Shown here in pieces: positions 61,696-64,000 of a DNA stretch of 64,000 bases; within the stretch, counting starts at the first letter, position 1; each line of letters starts with the position of its first letter. The position numbers and the translations under genes are program-made. This DNA is from Tetramitus jugosus (lineage: Eukaryota; Protista; Heterolobosea): the NCBI GenBank assembly GCA_937625935.1, contig OW569371.1, forward strand, positions 372,001 through 436,000. The letters run 5' to 3'. The notes beneath the pieces were generated by a model. It made no database searches. It saw nothing but the letters and a program-made list of their open reading frames with translations, and had not been told where the DNA came from.

Positions 61696-64000
61696 ATGAA
61701 AGAACAAAAGCAAATGTTGAATCATTTGCCATCGTCAAACCAAAAACATTTCTTCCTGCTTGTCATTCTTGTGCTCACTGTGGTGTTATGTGGCTTCCAA
61801 ACTCCAAGTCAATCGGGACGACTCGTCTCTGGCGTCCTTCCCTCGTTGGGTGTCTCATGGATCGAAGCATTGAGTTTTGCGGATGCTATAACGATCTCTG
61901 CCATGACAACTGTTCCTTCCACAAATGACATTGTAATTGTTGGAATGTTGGACACTGGTCTTGCTGCCAATTCTTCGCTCATGCTCAAGATCAATAATCC
62001 GCAAGCTTTACCATCCAATCGAAGTTTGATAGGATATGTTTCGTTGATGGACACGAAGGGATTCATTTCGTGGACTTATGTAGTGTACTCTACCCCATCG
62101 ACTGTATCTGTTTCCAGTAATTTCATTTATGTGACGAGCTCACCGAATGGTGTAAATAGTTTTATGCATAAAATTACATTGACCGGGAACATCATATATT
62201 TCCCTTCCATCTCTGATCGACAGTACTATGCTAGTGCCATTGATCCAGTTACTCAGATCATGTATCTAGCTGGAATGAAGATGAGCGGAAGTAAAACGGC
62301 AATCCTTGTCGAATACTATCAGGATGGTTCCAAAGTAGATGAAATGTTGTCTACCGATCAGATAGGAACTAACACCGCAAAGTATATCAGTGTATACAAT
62401 GGAAGTGCTATTATTGGAGGTACAACCAGTGCCGGTGTAGACTTTGTCTCGCAGGCTATCAGTGGTCCTACTTCTTTTGCAATAGTGTTTGATACTATCA
62501 CGAAGCTTCCTCCCTCTACTGCCTACTATGCTGGCGATCTGGGAGCAAAGGCACCCTTGGTTGTCACAACACATGATGATCGACGATTCGCTGCTTTAGC
62601 TGATGGAACTCTGCTTTATTCAAGTATTATTCCCCCTGTCAGTTTTATTGCTGCTCAAGGTGGGTCCACAGTGGAGATTCACGGATTCGAAAGCCATGAC
62701 CCAACATCTGATGTTTTTGTAATTACAGGACAGATTACTGGCTCAGCAATTTTGTTCAGCGGACTCCTCACAATCTCGTCAAGGCAATCTGATGTTGCCA
62801 ATGGATTTGTGTGTGTATTCACATACCCTAGTAGTATATCTGTTGCTTGTTCTGTTTTTGGCGGATTGAGCGGAGCTGATTATGGAAAAGCGGTTACTGT
62901 GGATTCTAGTGGGCACATTATAGTGGCAAGTCCCACAAATTCGGTGAATAAGAAGTGGGGTCACATTAATCTCCCGGATGCGCATGAAAATCTGATTGCG
63001 AAACTTGGCGAATATTCCCTTGATCCAACAGTCATTCTTTCACTTGATATTATTGTTGATACACAACTTTATGCTGGTATCACTTACCTCATTACCAAAC
63101 CAATCACTGCAACAGCAGATATTACTGTCTCTCCTGGAGCTGTGATTGTGTTTAGTGGCAACTCAAGTCTGGCACTTGTGGGCTCTCAGATTGCAATGTT
63201 GGGCACTACTGCTTCGAACATTCAAATTCAATCTTTAGTTGATAACGCCCAAACTCTCATTATTTCTGACTCACAATCAACTGTGGTCATGGATCATGTT
63301 GTTGTCTCTGGACAGGGAGTGTCTCTATTGGGTGCATCCGGAGGATCAATTACCATCACCAACTCTCGGGTTGATGATGCTGCTAGCAAATGTATTCAAA
63401 TGAATGCTCCAGAGAATGTTCAGCTCGTAGGAAACACTATTACATCAAATAGTTCTTCAGTAGACCCAATTGTATCCATCACGAGATTCACTGGCCCCAC
63501 AGTACTTTCAGTCACTGGAAACGCATTTTATGCAAACAATAATCACATATCTCTGTTGGACATCGATGCCACAACTAGCACCAACAGATCAATTACCATT
63601 TACAATAATTCATTGAATGGAGGAGCGAAAGGAATCACAATAAGCGCACAATATCAGAGTTTAACTCTCTCATATAACGACTTCATTGGTATTGGGGCTC
63701 CATTAGACATGACACTAGTTAACAGTGCCGGATCAATAGCTTCAACTGCAACCATAGAGTCGAATGAATTTATCAAGTGTCGTTCACCAACTACGGTAAC
63801 TAAAATGAGTGATGGCAAGTTTTTGTTCCGAAACAACAGTTTCAGGAACAATTCTGGCGATTGTATTCTTTCGTTTACGAATTCCTATTTTTGTTCAGGC
63901 CCTATAACGTTCGATCGAAATACATTCTCTTACAATGAAATATCAAAGCAAGTAGTCTCCCTCCAAGTTCCAGACTACTGTTCGCTGGTTGATTTTTCAA
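61696..64000 (+). CDS. Large secreted protein with right-handed beta-helix (pectin-lyase-like) repeats; runs off the window and is absent from the ORF track
   Basis: Frame appears open from ATG 61696/61714 to the end; signal peptide FFLLVILVLTVVLCG; YLITKPITATADITVSPGAVIVF...GTTASNIQI and repeated xxNxF/NNS rungs. Confidence 0.8.
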   Translation, partial: MKEQKQMLNHLPSSNQKHFFLLVILVLTVVLCGFQTPSQSGRLVSGVLPSLGVSWIEALSFADAITISAMTTVPSTNDIVIVGMLDTGLAANSSLMLKINNPQALPSNRSLIGYVSLMDTKGFISWTYVVYSTPSTVSVSSNFIYVTSSPNGVNSFMHKITLTGNIIYFPSISDRQYYASAIDPVTQIMYLAGMKMSGSKTAILVEYYQDGSKVDEMLSTDQIGTNTAKYISVYNGSAIIGGTTSAGVDFVSQAISGPTSFAIVFDTITKLPPSTAYYAGDLGAKAPLVVTTHDDRRFAALADGTLLYSSIIPPVSFIAAQGGSTVEIHGFESHDPTSDVFVITGQITGSAILFSGLLTISSRQSDVANGFVCVFTYPSSISVACSVFGGLSGADYGKAVTVDSSGHIIVASPTNSVNKKWGHINLPDAHENLIAKLGEYSLDPTVILSLDIIVDTQLYAGITYLITKPITATADITVSPGAVIVFSGNSSLALVGSQIAMLGTTASNIQIQSLVDNAQTLIISDSQSTVVMDHVVVSGQGVSLLGASGGSITITNSRVDDAASKCIQMNAPENVQLVGNTITSNSSSVDPIVSITRFTGPTVLSVTGNAFYANNNHISLLDIDATTSTNRSITIYNNSLNGGAKGITISAQYQSLTLSYNDFIGIGAPLDMTLVNSAGSIASTATIESNEFIKCRSPTTVTKMSDGKFLFRNNSFRNNSGDCILSFTNSYFCSGPITFDRNTFSYNEISKQVVSLQVPDYCSLVDFS

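Noticed and set aside
1-64000. Numerous short antisense or overlapping ORFs, TTG/GTG-start extensions, and CRISPR-like arrays
   Set aside because: Shadow ORFs of real genes or low-complexity leaders; no repeat-spacer array or cas gene, and the DNA is eukaryotic

Overview
Gene-dense, intron-poor eukaryotic (protist) DNA in the standard code. Short GT-AG introns have GTATGT/GTAAGT/GTAAAG donors and several have CTAAC/CTAAT branch points. The gene mix (enkurin, hybrid histidine kinase, RCC1-like and F-box/LRR genes) suggests a free-living amoeboflagellate such as a heterolobosean, which is inference only. About 35 protein genes are supportable, including CDC6, NTAQ1, enkurin, cathepsin C, PGM3, an amidase, INO1, ETFA, RPB12, lipin, NDUFA8, a histidine kinase, GH39 and GH5. 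There are three tRNA genes (two initiator tRNA-Met, one tRNA-Glu). The main discovery is a 1.32-kb poly(A)-tailed retroelement (25558-26876) flanked by a perfect 15-bp target-site duplication. It sits 44 bp upstream of, and head-to-head with, an initiator tRNA-Met gene, and encodes only an RRM/coiled-coil ORF1-like protein with no reverse transcriptase. A neighbouring inverted tRNA-iMet duplicate preserves the empty pre-insertion site. The element looks like a non-autonomous tRNA-gene-targeting non-LTR retrotransposon, analogous to Dictyostelium TRE5-A.2. Also notable: a rearranged 17.4-22.9 kb region with a shuffled small-ORF family, an RPB12 with a CTD-like YSP-rich N-terminal extension, an intron-split prokaryote-type zinc-ribbon gene, and a co-oriented cluster of secreted glycan-active genes at the right end.
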